A stretch of 57,419 bases of DNA, the filler included, from Sphacelaria rigidula (lineage: Eukaryota), in assembly GCA_964200075.2 (NCBI GenBank). It is 4 parts of 4 records of this genome, joined end to end, with 100 filler letters (N's around TTAATTAATTAA, not from the genome) between each part and the next. Parts side by side here need not be neighbours in the genome. Positions count along the whole stretch, not along the records: positions 1 to 14,281 come from CAXNAA020002336.1; positions 14,382 to 28,661 come from CAXNAA020002337.1; 2 more parts are not named here. One strand, given 5' to 3'. The notes beneath the pieces are model-generated. The model was not told the DNA's origin, made no database searches, and saw only the letters and a program-made list of their open reading frames with translations. Made by a program: the position numbers and the translations under genes. The stretch's first letter is position 1, and every line of letters begins with the position of its first letter. Below, one piece after another: positions 12,700-26,399 of the stretch.

Positions 12700-13290
12700 G
12701 TGACGGAAATAAGTAGATGACGAAGAGCACCTGAAGATATACGGGGGGTCAAGAAACGGGAAAGGGGCGAAAACATATCTGCAGGGGCCAGTGGACTCAA
12801 TGAAAAAGTCTAGAGTGCAATTTCGGGTGGGGGACCTGGACCTGCCAGAAAGAAGAACGAGGTGTATACCCATAGGGCCGGGTGGAGGAGGAAGTTGATG
12901 CACAGAATTGCCCCCTTTGGCAAATCAATATAGAGTAAAACTCATGTACGGGGAGAATGTAAACTATGTGAGGAGGAACGGGACGTGTTAGAGAGGGAGA
13001 GGTGGGAAGTAAACGTCGATGGGATCAAATCGTATGGTACATGGATGAGACAGTAGCGAGAAAAAGATAGCAATACTAGGGGAGAAATGGTGGCAACAGG
13101 CGATGGAACAGAAAGGAGATAAGGCATTTATAAAAGGTTTATGTAAAAGGTATGGAAGAAACGTAATGACCGCCCAAATATTGGAGGTGTCTTCATTAGG
13201 AGTAGAGATGATGCTCCGTCTCGAAAGGGGACGCATGGTCAACGTTCAAACGATTAAGGCAAGAAACAAATGAGTACGCCCTCTCCCCAC
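12700..13290 (+). mobile_element. Degenerate 3' portion of a non-LTR retrotransposon (LINE) ORF2 and tail
   Basis: Broken frame EHLKIYGG...KTYLQGPVD...QFRVGDLDLPERR, then a CP.G....THV.GEC zinc-knuckle-like motif. Ends ...aggcaagaaacaaatgagtacgccc. 5'-truncated copies of the same tail lie at 12570-12615 and (minus) 34115-34182. Confidence 0.7.
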
Positions 13291-13365
13291 CTCTGTCTGT
13301 CGTTGAACTACTCATACACACTGAGGGCCACTTGACTCTTTGTTTTTTTTCTCTTTGCCCGACAG

Positions 13366-13500
13366 AGCTCACCAGGCTGGGATCACACGTCTGCGGTGGA
13401 GCATGGGGCAGAGCCACTTGATATCCATCGGGAAGGAAGATCGATGCGTGATGCAGTGGAGGCACGAGAGAGATGACCTCGGTGCTAAAGAAGCCGAAAG
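13366..13500 (+). CDS. EML5/6-like gene, exon G
   Basis: Long polypyrimidine tract plus gacag|, donor AG|gtgatt. Translates (R)AHQAGITRLRWSMGQSHLISIGKEDRCVMQWRHERDDLGAKEAE, matching EML 'Y.GH...VT.VRW......LIS.GG.D....QW'. The gene continues beyond the scaffold end. Confidence 0.88.
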
Positions 13501-14281
13501 GTGATTGCGAGAACATCTTCCTACACACACGTTACCATAGCAGTATGGGACAATATCGCAGCGCTACACGAATCGGGGCATGTATGTATACGAAAGAGGG
13601 TGAAGAACGACCTCATTAATGCGCCGAGTTGGAGCGTGTGCATTGCATGACATCTGGAGTCCACTACCTGTAGTCTATCGTGGAACCAAGGCGAGTTCGC
13701 AGCCGCGTGTCGTATCCCGTCCAGTGAATCACGGGGAGGGGAAAGAGCACCCTGTAGTAAAAAAAACACGACGACCAGTTTCTAGGGAGAGTGGTCCCGT
13801 CGCTACAGAAAGATCCCGTAAACAGACAGATCTCGATGAGACCTACCCATTACAGGAGGTCGTGGAGACGCTGGAGATTAACAGCTGATCACCGGGGGCT
13901 TGGTTGCAAGTGCTGTATGCTCTACGGTTCGCCCTGTACTCGTGTTATCCTCGTCTGCGCGTCATCCCGCGGTGGCTCAAGCATCATGCGTATGCGCAAA
14001 TGCTTTCCTGTTGGTGGATGACAGCTCTGATCGTAGTCCTAAATGCGTGACTAGTGTACGGCAATCTAAGAATCTATTTGGCACTTGTTCTATTATACTC
14101 TCACTTTGAACTTCCCCCTCCCCCCCCGCCCGCCGTTAGACACCCATGAATCAGTGTAAAAGCCGTGGCTGTCTCTGGAAGTGGTGATACCACAGAATGT
14201 AGCAACTCATTGTTGGCTGTCATCCAAATGCAAGATAGTCAGTAGGCTTTAGGCCGAACAAACTTAGCAGGATGCAGCTCA

Positions 14282-14381
14282 NNNNNNNNNNNNNNNNNNN
14301 NNNNNNNNNNNNNNNNNNNNNNNNNTTAATTAATTAANNNNNNNNNNNNNNNNNNNNNNNNNNNNNNNNNNNNNNNNNNNN
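14282..14381. other. Artificial scaffold-joining linker (N44-TTAATTAATTAA-N44)
   Basis: Identical 100-bp structure occurs three times and gives stop codons in all six frames. Confidence 0.97.
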
Positions 14382-14579
14382 AAAACAAATTTGGACAACT
14401 TTGAGAAACTAAGAAATTACGGATTCTGCATACTTCTGACGCTGACTGCTGTACTTCGAATTTCTTCCAAGTACTACATAATATCCCGAGAAAATCTTCT
14501 TCAATCGCTATGGGTTCGTGATGGGTGAGCGCACTTGATAACAAAAATAATGATAATAAATTGAAAAAAAAACACCAAC

Positions 14580-14741
14580 CTGAAAAACCTCTGGGTCACC
14601 GGCATCTCCGACCTCGGGCAGCCCCAACTCTCCCTCCTGCTGCACATGGTTCAGGAAGATTTGAATGACCTCCAGCACCTGTTTTCCGCATCCCTCAGCT
14701 CTCGCCCTGAACTCGGGAAAGGTTGCATTGTACGCGTAGTC
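14580..14741 (-). CDS. RRP6: RRP6/EXOSC10-like exosome 3'-5' exoribonuclease, coding exon 2 (PMC2NT region)
   Basis: ttgacag| ... CAG|gttggt, 162 nt, phase 0/0. Translates DYAYNATFPEFGARAEGCGKQVLEVIQIFLNHVQQEG...DPEVFQ, resembling EXOSC10 'EYDFYRSFPGF.......GDRLLQCM'. The rest of the gene is beyond the scaffold end. Confidence 0.75.
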
Positions 14742-15149
14742 CTGTCAAGAAGAGGACAAACAGAAGGGGAAGGGGCGTTGCCGAAAATAACAAGGGGGGA
14801 GGAACGACAACAGTAAAAATATGCGAAACCTGCAAAAGGTATCAAGGTCACGAAGACAAATACTGTACGTCCACAAAAAAAAATGAACGTTCACGAAAAG
14901 GGATAATAAGCTCGAAATATGTAGGTGAAAAAAGGAGGGGTGAATAGGTTGATCCAGCATGGGGGTGGGGGGGGGGGGTACACATACGACGATAAAAAGG
15001 ATACTGCGTTTTTTTATTCGCCTTCATTCTTTGAACTTCTAGTCTTCCCTCTCCTCGAGCCGAGTCCGTCGTCTCAGGGGATCAATTCATCTCTCCCCCG
15101 GTACATGCCTGACATTTTGATATCGCGGGTCGGATCAGCACCCCAACAC

Positions 15150-15435
15150 GCGTCGACTCTCGTCAACTTCCTCTTGCTATTCACGCTCTCACATTTATAA
15201 CGGCGGAAAAAAGCACACCCTGGACAAGAGATGACATGGTCAAAAAGTATAGTGCGTACAGCATCGAGTATTGCGTCTACTGCAGTAGAGCAAATATTCC
15301 ATATTGTGCGCAGTACACTTCTCGACAATATAACTCCTTGTGCAGGGTTTGGAACTAAGATTCTCCTGAAAAAAAATGAATCCGTTGGGATTCGAACCTA
15401 CAACCTTTCTTGCCCTCACCGGGGTGCGGCGGGTA
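15150..15435 (-). mobile_element. Degenerate SINE copy with truncated tRNA-like head, inside the RRP6 intron
   Basis: Body homologous to 47200-47340; gggattcgaacc is the reverse complement of a B-box. Confidence 0.55.
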
Positions 15436-16772
15436 TCATCAAACCCTTGAAACCGCCGTGAAGATTTAACTGGATATGTTAACCCTTCACATTTTACGGA
15501 AAACACACAATGATCGAGGGAGCGAATCGAACAAAACAACAGCTGGAACAACAACGGAGCAAGCTCCTGAGCTTTACTGTAATACCAGCAAATGAGGTAT
15601 TGGCAGCGCCGTCAAGAACCGACACATGTGAAACCGTAAAAAAATATGGAAATGCACCAGGAATAGTAACATCGGAGCGATGATAGAAAAAAAAGGGGCT
15701 TACTCAACAACCCCGCAAGTGTTCTTGACCCAACAGTGTCTGTCAGTGAATGATATTACTATTACGTTATGGTCGACAGGGTAACCAGTCAAATGGGCGG
15801 GCGCCACAATGTCAGATCGTGCGCCGAACCTCACACCTTGCTGGGGTATGGCATACGGCAAGGCGCAGCAATCGAATCTATTTTACCACAAACGCGAACA
15901 GCAACAAAGAATGGCCAGATTCTCGGAATTACATTTGGTGGCGCAAAAACAACCTACAAGTTTCGACAAAAAAACGAAACACAAGGTGCCCGCAAAAACT
16001 TCACCTACATTCAACATCTCCTCCTTGCCCTCGCCTGGCCCTGTGGGTATTTCAAAAACAAGGCCGGCGCCCATGTTCTACAAGGAGGCATTTTCACTAC
16101 GACCATGCACGTGAAAACAAAACTGTACAGGATACATTGACACGGCGATCCCACGATAGGGAAGTGTGAGCCAGGGGTGTGTATGTGCAGGGGGGGGGTG
16201 TCGGTGACATTCTTGTCCAAAAATGGCCACTTTTGAACGTCACTTGAGGCAACAGATTCCGTCAAAATGGCATTTAATGTCTATATTCAACAACATGTCA
16301 GTGGCTTGGACATGTCTCAACCTGTGAAACTGTACATACAGGAGTGTATTCTCGTTCATCCTACATGGCAATGTAGTGTTTTACCGTGGAAAAAAACGTG
16401 AAAAATCAGTACACGTGACTTTTTTTTTTTTTTCAAACCACCCTTCACCGGAAGCCATGCGGCAGACGCCTGCCGCTTTTTCCTTTTTGTTCTCACGTAA
16501 GTCTGGCTGTTCTCTCCATTATTTTTTACATTTCCCCAATTTCTCGAGTTTTCTTAGCGATCGTTCCGTTCATTTTACCTTTGTCACGATCATCTTGTGA
16601 CCACGCCTGTATTCGTAGCGGATCAATTGATGTGCGACAATCAGTCGACCAATCAACGACTTAAGAAAAAACAATCGGAGACCGTCCCAAGCAATTCCAC
16701 TGCACACTGCTTCTCAGTACACACCCAGTGCATGAGTATATACTAGAGAGGTCGACAGCTGATGCCAAGTCC

Positions 16773-17005
16773 TGATTTGATTGATTGATTGATCGATCGA
16801 TTGTCGCAATTTAACTGATCCCCCAGGGGTCCAGCAGTGGTCTCATGATAGACGTATCCACGAAAAGCAAGAGTGAAACACTCGCTGAAGAAAAGAAGGA
16901 ACAGAAGGAAACAAAAGGAGAACAGAATGACATATAATAGTAGACTTGGACGTAACAAGAAAATAATAATAAAAAATTCAACAAAAGCAAAGCACAGAAA
17001 GAAAT
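16773..17005 (-). repeat. Retroposon-like 3' end family B copy
   Basis: Homologous to 1545-1760, with a (GATT)n tail on the + strand. Confidence 0.7.
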
Positions 17006-17052
17006 GGCCGACTAGTCCTACAGCAACAATTCCATGATTCCGCGCACGCTAC

Positions 17053-17229
17053 CTCTTGGCCCTCTCCATCAGGTATAGCGTTCGACGCCCGGGTTCCCAG
17101 CAGCAGGCTCTCGAACAGCTGCCGGACGAACTTGTCACCCTCTCCCTCTACCTCCCCTGCCCCACCACCCTCGCCCGCCACAGTTCTGGGTGGCGTTCCT
17201 AGTAGCACTTCATCGATGCTTTGGCTCAT
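17053..17229 (-). CDS. RRP6: RRP6/EXOSC10-like gene, first coding exon
   Basis: ttatcag|AC ATG start, donor GAG|gtagc, 59 codons. Translates MSQSIDEVLL...DKFVRQLFESLLLGTRASNAIPDGEGQE, resembling the RRP6 N-terminus 'FV..AL..V...TKAS..LP'. In phase with 14580-14741. Confidence 0.75.
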
Positions 17230-19275
17230 GTCTGATAATGGCGAGCCGAAAATTAGAGAGTGCGCGAGGAAAGGAAAACATGATCCTCTTGGCAAGGACA
17301 ACAAAACATTCTACGGATGTTTCCTTTTTAGCTACTCTCGTTCGGTTGTTCTTTTTCTATCGAAGAGTTCACGAAGAGCAATATAGAGTACGGAACGGCA
17401 CTTTACGACTGCTCCTCGGGCGTACGGAAAATAAACCTCAACGTACAAACCATTAATTCAACTATGCACAACCATATTATAGCCAACATTCGTTCAACGA
17501 TTTTTGGAACGCATTTGTGCTTCTGGAGATCGGGGATTTGTTCCCATAGAAACTGCTCTTGGTACTGTTTACGGTATAAAAACTCTCCCTGAACTGTTGC
17601 TGTGGTAACATGCAACTCAATAATAGCCGACAGCGCGTGTGTATGTTGTCATCTCATCTATTCTAGACCCCAGTCTACACCTTTCGGTATATATGGACGC
17701 ATCAGCCGGAGTCACACAGGAGGAAGATCAACACGGCGGGAGATTATCCATGTATTTATTTTGTTCTAGTACTCCACATTTGGTCTGCGGTGCCTGCTTT
17801 CCTTTTAATCGTGATGAGGGTTCGGCGGTCCCTTTCCCACGTCCACTCTGCAGCCGAGCGTTGCATGCTCACGACATAGTCGCTCTCCACTGTTGGAGTA
17901 TCCCAGATCGTGTGACTTCATTAGTGTTAGTGTTGTATGCCGAACCACTCATCAGATGGATACGATATCGTGAAGTTTCGGCTTCGATGAAATTTATTGG
18001 AAAGTCACAGGCGAGCAGACGAGCACAGTGAGCGAGGAAGCTCGCTGTGCGAGCCCGAGTCGCCCGCCCCGCCTGGCGAGGGAACCCCACTGGAGGCGCC
18101 GCCGGAGGCGAAAAAATTGAAGCTATTTGGCGTTGTTTCTCATCAAAAGTGGCTCAAACTGTACCGCTGAAACCTGGCAGTGTTGAACCTGCTTTTCGAG
18201 ACAACCTTGAAGAAAATTATAATGCACATATCTGTAGATTTATTATATTCGGATGTTGCCTACAATAATAATGCATCGAGAAAGCTACCACGTGGTTGAG
18301 AATCTCTATGCCAAAACACCCTAGGTTTTCCACACCCTGGACAATGGACACAATAATAGTTCATTGCTTCAGCAATAGACACGGGGGAAAATCTATCGAT
18401 ATATATAATCGAACACGATAAATAGTGAAACACATCTATTGATATGTATTGCAAGGAACAATAGATGTTGCAATAGTCGATCGATAGCCTATGGCAATTA
18501 CAATAAATAAAGATCACTCGCCATCGATGGAAATGGTGTACCGCAATGGATTCTGGGTTGTATATATCGATACCCATGGCCGTAATCAAAAGGGTTTGGT
18601 GTGCCATCCATCGATAGCCATTGCCGTCATCAATAGATTAAGTTAATTGTTCATCAATACATATTACCGACATCAATAGATTTGGTGACCCGTCTATCGG
18701 TAGCCTCTGTCGCCAACAATGATTTTTTTGGTATCTAACAATATGGGCATTGTCGTCAACAATCGTTTGCTCTCGGGAGCACTATCAACAGCCAGTGACG
18801 CCAACGATCGGTTTTGAAAAATAATTTGCTCACTGCAGTGGTCTCATGATACCAACGGCAATACCCCTTGCACATGAACACGCAACGACCTGAGGCGATA
18901 GCTGGCCATAGCTTCTGTGGAATAAGGCGGAAACATAAATCGAAAAAGGTACATGCATAGAGCTAGTGATCGACGCCATTCAGCTACCTTTGTGATCAGC
19001 AATAGATGTTGGTGGCCGCGATTCAAATTGCGTTGTGACCAGCGGAAGATATTGGTGGGCGCAATTGGTTCCAAGTGCTGCACGCTGGACGAATATCAGA
19101 TGGTGTTTTCCGTCCTTAACCCTTCATATTGCCCACCAAACTTCGGTCCCCGTCACACCGCACAGTCGATGTGACTACGTGTGCTTCGAAGCAAACCCTG
19201 AAGCAGTTTCTGTGGTATCTCTCATTGTTTCCGACAGCTTACAATATCACTGACGACACAAGGAATCGGTAGACC

Positions 19276-19640
19276 GTGAGTGTTCCTTTTTTTTCATTTT
19301 TTTTTCTTTCATTTTTCTCCTTTTTTTCTCTGATCACGAGCTGGAGTGTTGCGATCAGCTACGTAATGCGCGATCATCATATTTGTGTGTTGCTCGTGCT
19401 TGTGTTTGTGTTTGTTCGTCGTTATTTTGTTGTTGTTATTGTTGTTTGGTGGTGGGGGGGGGGGTGGTGGGGGTGTTTTTGTCTTGTTATCGCTTCCCCC
19501 TTTCTTTCCTTTCTGAGGCCGTTGCTCCCGTCTTCTGGTCCTTTCTTTCTTCATCTTTATTATTCTGTTCTATTTTTGCTGCTCCTAACCTCGGGCCGGA
19601 TTGTAGCAAGGAGCTAATGTGAGATATCAATCAACCAATC
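19276..19640 (+). repeat. Retroposon-like 3' end family A copy
   Basis: atcacgagctggagtgttgcgatcagctacgtaatgcg matches 134-170; ends tgtgagatatcaatcaaccaatc. Confidence 0.7.
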
Positions 19641-22600
19641 AGTTAAGTGTGCGTTTACATCTTGCGCGGCGATCCCGTAGGCAGGCTTCATGCACCGCCC
19701 CAGCGACAATGACAAGCACATGTCTGGAACATCTTTCCCACTGGCGGGCAGTGTTAATTGTTGCATGTATGCTTGCGGAAGAAGATATTCCCCACGCTGT
19801 AGACCAAATGGACGCGGCGCAATTACTACCTGCTCAATGTGGATATCACATGTGACCAGATGGGTTTTCACGCCGCACCTCACATGTTATAACACCCGCC
19901 ACCGAGATGAGAATATCTCGACCCACACGGGAGCCATCGACACAAATCGAATTGCTCTGAGTAGAGAAAACGCGTATCTACCAGTCCTCCACTTCTTGGT
20001 GACCAACACCCTTGTCACAAATTGGGAAGTTGGGGTGAAGTAAAGAAACTCTACTTCAAATATTGCACTGTTTCGACACTCAATTAAAGTCTGCCAGGGC
20101 TTGAACAACGGCTAGTGTCTAGTTGTACCTGCCTGTAGAGGTTCGGCTTCGTGACGTCCGTCAATGGTGAGTAATCGTCTGTCGCGTGAAAGACGGATAT
20201 AATGGAAAATGACTTTCTCGCTTGTACAAAAAAGCAGTACTCTTTAGAGAGATACCCATCGCTGGTTTGTGAGCTGTACTAGATGGAATCGAGCCGGACT
20301 GGAATGAAGAGGTAGCTTCAGACACATACTACAGCCGTGTATCGCTGTAGTTGCTATATAACCTTCTTGACACTTCTTAGACTCCGTTGCGTCTCCATTC
20401 GGGGGGTGGTGGTGGGAAACGTGACACTAACCCCCGACGTAACACTGGGCCGCTTGGACGGGGCACAAATTATGGAAAACAACCAAAACGTAGATGATCT
20501 CAGTTCAACATTTATCACGATCTGTACCTACGAACTCGGTGCCCAACTTGACGGGTTTTGTTCGTCACAGTCGACACTCAGGCAGACTTCTCCTGGCTGC
20601 AGCCTCTTTTCATTGCTTCTCTTCCGCCTTCAGGCTTGACTCGCTAGGTGAGATTGGTTTTGAGGCCATCCCGGTCATGTTTGCAGCTGCGAAAGTAAAA
20701 CAAGAAATACCAAACACGTCTGCATGTCCTCACCTAGCTGGTCCAGGGTGTATCAGTAAGGGGGTGCGTCTTGCACACCACACGGTACATTGGGTTGTAC
20801 ACATCCGGGCGGCACCATCCCTCTTGTATGTTGCCATCCCTATCCCAGTCAACCACCTCTCTTGCCCTCGAACATTATCTGAGATCTAGAACTAGTGTTG
20901 GGCGATCATTGGCAGGTTTTGATCTGAAGGCGAGTACCTTGTCTCGTGAAACCTGTTTGAAAAATGGCCGATGATAGGCCGCTGCAATACCACCCCCCAG
21001 AGAAGAGGGACGAAATATATTTTCTTCGCAAGAGAGACTTCGACCCGAAGCTGGTCATAGGCCGAGCACAATTTGTGTGACCTAGCTCATTTGTGTGGGA
21101 TGAGCGCACAGCATGCGCACGCCAACGTTCACTCATTGCACGTTTATTATTGTACTGTACAAGAATTCGACACGCAAGCGACTGCCCTCCTGCAACACAG
21201 AACGGATTTCCGTGAAACAAAGACTGGCTTGTGTTGATGAGCAAGGCTAGTGCTAGAGTGCATGCGCGCGAGTGGTGGGTGTCTGTGCGTGATTTTTCGG
21301 GCCCACGTGTGTAGGCGCTGCGTTACCTTGTTGCGTCTATAAAAGTCTGTAGCAGTATAGACATGTTCGACCAACGATCACGTCCATAGCCGCCGCATCT
21401 CTGAACCTGTGTGCACATCTGAGCTTCGCCTGGTACAAAAGTTGCTTTGCGGTAAGACTCGAACTGGTCGTTGTGAGGGCAATATATCATCCAAAAGCAA
21501 GCTTTTGAAAACAAAGAATCTCCCATCGAAAATATTCCCCCGTGGGAGTCTGTATTGTCACTTGGTCTCGTGATAATTTTCAAGAGTTTTCTTGGAAAAA
21601 ACGGTTCGAATAATGCTCAGCCCAACCCCAACCCGAGGCACACCGTGGACTCTCGGGTAAGGGAGGTTCAGAGGATGCTCTAGGCAAAGTTTGCCTTGGC
21701 GAAATGGGGCCTGCGGGGACTTGACCCGAACGCATTTTCTGCGCGCTACTTCCACAAACATTATCCGGGCATTCGAGGGCGGGGGCAAAAAAGCGGGGGG
21801 TCCCAAAAGTGCAATCAGCGGGATTCAAAGGGGCGTACACGCATAGGCCGGGTACGAATTCTTGAAGTGAAGGCTTCGCCGTGCCAAGCTTCCCGTGTTG
21901 ATGTGCGAAGGCATCTTTATCCTATCCTATGCGCAGTGCAGACAGTGTAGTATACACTGGCTGCACTCGCCCATATCATTTTTAATGCAGCCATTAGCCG
22001 TTGTATACTACTGTCTGCAGCTGACACCTGCATGCTATACTACGGTATGCGGTGGTACAGACAGTACTTCACTGCCCAGTATTGTCTGCACTGCACGTTG
22101 CCCGCATCATGTGTACTGTAGTGCAGCCGTTGTGCACCGCTGGTGCAAACTGACATCCGCATCCTGCTGTTGTATGCGGCAGTACAAGCCTTGTACTATC
22201 TGAAACTGCACGTTATCCAGATCATTTTCGGTGCAACCGTCGTATACTGCTGGGTCGAACTGACTTCCTACTGTTGTATGCGGCAGAGCAGACCCCACAA
22301 TACTGTCTAGTACTGTCTGTATTGCAGACCCCACAATACTGTCTAGTACTGTCTGTATTGCACGTTGTCCACACCTTTCACCTTGTCCGCATCATTTTTA
22401 CTACAGACGCTAAAGTGCTGTTGTGGGAAAACTGACACCTGCAATTTACTGCATAAGGCAGCACAGAGAGTACCGCGTGCGCCGGGATGGCGAAGCAAAC
22501 CCCATTGTAGTGTGTTAGCGGCACTGGGGATGTTCGATATTGAGAACCCCGCAGATGAGGGAGAAGGGCACGAACATATTCTGCGCGTATCTACCGTGGA

Positions 22601-25399
22601 GTGCGCTGGCGGGCGCTTACAACCTCACCGTCTTGATGGAAAAATACGATGGAAAAATACAACTCAATCTCGGCTTGTACTTTTGGAGAGAGTACGAGCC
22701 AGGATTGCTAGTCTCGTAAACGTTTTCTCCTGTCGTGTCTCCTGTCCAAGATTTTTGCGGAAATGCAAACTGTAAGAAATGATCTGGAAATGAGCTATTC
22801 ATGAGGCTTTTTTGTGGTCCGCCATATTTGCGTACAGATTGATTCAATGATAGAGTGGTTCTACTAGTAGTCGTTGGCACATCTTCGCGCTGGTGCAAGG
22901 AAATACAACACGTACACTCCAACCCCCAAGCAAAGACTCAACGGCATCCGCCACAAACGCGTATCTGTCAGCTGTGTCGAACTATCAAATTTCAGTGCAT
23001 TATCTCCTTACATTCAAGCAAACTGTGTAGAAAATTGTGGATGTATGGTTCGTGTTCAACCTCCTCACTTGGGAGCAAGCTGGAGCAAACATTTTCCTCG
23101 CCGGAGTTGCAGACTGGTTGAATGTGCTCCATGCAGGGGTCGTTGATGATTCAGTGGGTATCCTCCTCAATAGAAAATGATTACACGTAGTAGCAGTCGC
23201 GTTCCCCCCACCCCCCCTGCCCCCAAATCCGCAAAACGCCTCGAGGATGCAGTATCAGGTGCATCACCCGTCTAGGGCACTTTTCCCGATACATGCTTCA
23301 CATATGTTGGTCTCTAAACTAAGTCCACTCCCCGCTGTGTACAAAAATCCTAGCATCGTTCTTGCTCGGCATATATCGTTGCAACAGGACATCCTGTTGT
23401 CTTCTCTCCTTGATACATGACCATTCACCGGTCGATATATCCATCGCCACACGTACTGAGACACTTTCGGGGAGCGCTTTCATATCGTACGAATGCCGGC
23501 ATGACCCACGTCACCTCGACGACGTAAACAACATGTGTATTGCCGTTATAATACTTCCAACTGCATCACACACGAATGACATGTGTTGACCCGAAAATGT
23601 GCTGTTTTGAATAAGTAGGATAAGCATGTAATGTACATTTTCCCGACCGTCTACGGTGTAAAGAGCTCGCGGTTACTACGGAATCAAATACCTCGATGAT
23701 CTACCACGGAATCAAATACCTCGATGATCTACCACGGAAGACGCCGATGTCGGCATTCCCTACGCACAACGGCACTGTACTGTACTGTACTGTAGTGTAT
23801 TGTAAGTACTCATAGTGTAAGAAGGGGTTTCATGCATTGCGACCTCGACAGCCGTCACGCATTCGCATTCCCGACTGCGACAATGAAGTATGAAGAATTA
23901 GAGATAATTCATGCACCATACATAAAATATGCGAACGTAAACATTCGATACCCACAAGAGAATAGCGAACATCATTTGCAAGACGTCGGGGTTGTCTGGC
24001 TCACCACACCACACAATACAGAAGAGACAATTGTCCCATCACCACATATACACCACTTCTGTGGGTCCCAGGTATGCGAATCCAACGTGTCTTAAGGTTC
24101 CACCTAGAACCAGCCAGGCCCACGGGTCGTGTCCGGAGGAACGTTTAGTGCCGGCTAGATCGCTCTAGGAGATTTATCGAACTATAAATAACCCTTGTGA
24201 GTAACGGAGCAATGTGTACGCACCGAGCCCAGAACCAACTCACACAGCACCATCAAGCACATTATGTGAGCTTGACTGATTTGTGGTCTGTCTTCTATCG
24301 CGAGACGTGGTGCGAGTCGACACCTTCCCCCCCACGTCTCTCACTTCATCACCGTTCTCTTCGGGGATCTTCGTTGCCAGCTCTCGTGAGCGTTATCCTT
24401 TCCTCAATGCGACCGTCAGAGCTCAATTGACACAGTAGTTGACGTTTGGAATGGGAGATTTTCGTAGTTTTTTCGTGGCCCGGGATATTCGAAAGTGTTT
24501 TGCGTGCCGCCACTCATCCCAGGGGACGTTTGATCACAAAGTGCGGGTTCGGAAGATATTGGGCATCCCATCCACATTTCAAAATGTAATGACATCTGCA
24601 TTCAGTGTTCAACGACTTGTGGGCTGGCCGGTTTTCGGGGGTTCGGAGACTACCCAGCCCCAGGTTCTAACCCTTGAGTATTTTTGCTCGATTGAAACAA
24701 TCCTAATCGCTCTAGTGAAGAAATAAAAATGATTGCTCCCTTTTGATTCACCCGCGTATTGCGCTAGAGCCGAAAGATGGTGTTTTCCGGACCAGTGACG
24801 GTCTAGAACACCACCTGGCAATTCAATGTCTGCAGCTATCTGAAACGTCTGTCACCTCCTTTCGCCCGGCTGTCGACCGTACTCGGCGCCAGGAGGCTAC
24901 CAACTTTACCTTGGAGGTAGCGCCATGGCTATTGCCGTTGGTTCACATGAGTCTTCTTTGCACCGCATCCACCGCGGTACAAGTACCTGTTGTATGGTAC
25001 CCCACTGTACGGTATGAAAACACTCGAACTGCCACCTTCACTTTACGGTGTGCAGATACGTTTAGTTAAAGTGCGACAATCATTTACAAAATAAGATACC
25101 ACGGATAGAACTGTACTGCCTGCAGCTCATGCCGCTTCCTACTTTCACTAGTCAAGCATGGATAATCTGGTGTGCTGTATTCTGTTCGAAACCTCTTCTA
25201 CAGTACATTATCGCACAGATCACGCTGTACGGTCGGTCGAAATACTGTACCGAAACGAGGCCCAGCTGTTGCAGCGTCTGTTACGGCTTGGTTGTGTTCA
25301 GTTTGTGACAGACAAGTTGTGACAAGGAAGACAACAAAAGCTGGACTCCGTCGCACTCGTCCTTCGTGCCTTTGTCCGTAATGAACGAGGAATATGGCG

Positions 25400-25865
25400 T
25401 GCCTCGTGTTCGTGTCCATCTCGATGGTACCGACAGAAAACTCTCATATCTTCAAGGACTGTCGTGATCTAGGTATCCCTTCGGAAGTGGTGGGTGATGT
25501 TTCGTCGCCTCCGGCGTGCAGCTCGCACAAGCAAAGCACTTCTTGGGATCAAAATGTTCCCGCTGTAATGCGTGAGAGGATCGCGTGCTTAGAGGACCGC
25601 ATCGTAGTTCGAAACACCTCAGGATCTACTTTTTCCAGAACCAATCGGGCCAACTCGTAGGCTAGTTGCAAGTTATGGACAGTTTGAGGGAGAGTAAATC
25701 ATGTCGTGATTGTGGTGCGGTTGTGGATGGAACTCCAAGAATGAAATCGGCAGGAAGTACGGCTGCGCCATCGACATTGATACGTGAGGTTTCCTCAAGC
25801 GTTGCTGAATACGCCGTTTTATACGCAAATCGGACAGAAACTAGCATATCGGCGCAATTATCCAC
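25400..25865 (-). mobile_element. Degenerate Ty3/Gypsy LTR-retrotransposon integrase C-terminal fragment
   Basis: Translates DNCADMLVSVRFAYKTAYSATLEETS...AAVLPADFILGVPSTTAPQSRHD../AYELAR, the Gypsy pattern 'W...LP.V.FAYNTA....LEETP..L..GR...LP.D..LG'. Contains stops and frameshifts. Confidence 0.65.
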
Positions 25866-25868
25866 GGG

Positions 25869-26200
25869 AACCGTAGGTACGTACCGTAACGAGCGTACCC
25901 CCGGTAAATACCGGGGTATCCCATACCGTGGTATGCGTGGGTATCGTAGATTTTTAACTCTTGAAAACACCTGATTGAGTGGGTACGGTAGATATTGAAA
26001 TCTCGAGCTGCCGCGGTATTTTAGGTATGACATTTCAAAGTACCTGATTGAGCGGGTACGGTAGGTACTGGTATCTTGAAATACCGTGGTATCATAGGTG
26101 TCTTAGGTATCACTTTTGAAAACACCCGATTGGGTCGGTATCGGTAGGGTATGAGATGTCCCAAATACCAGTCCACCGGTTACCTGCCTTACCCCCTACG
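25869..26200. mobile_element. MITE-like insertion rich in GGTAC/GGTAT/ATACC motifs
   Basis: cccggtaaataccggggtatcccataccgtggtatgcgtgggtatcgta is repeated at ~27175-27225. Contains internal repeats of cctgattgag.gggtacggtag. Confidence 0.55.
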
Positions 26201-26399
26201 CTGGTTTCAAAACTGTCATCCGACAGTACGGAGAAGCATTGCAGGGCGTGTCTTGGCACTTTTTTTTTATCAAAAAAATGGGGCGGTGAAGTAGATTTGA
26301 GCGGAAATCGCTCATTTTTCTCGAGTTGAGTCTAAGCAACTTGTCGAGCTTTCGATCGAAAAAAGACAGCGAAAATCGTGAAACGGCACATGGTCACTC

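Noticed and set aside
14326-14337. TTAATTAATTAA as a biological site (piggyBac TTAA or PacI)
   Set aside because: It is always centred in identical N44 flanks, so it is an assembly linker.
20525-20570. Minus-strand KPVKLGTEF resembling a piggyBac transposase motif
   Set aside because: It is an isolated short match flanked by stops, with no DDD motifs or TIRs.
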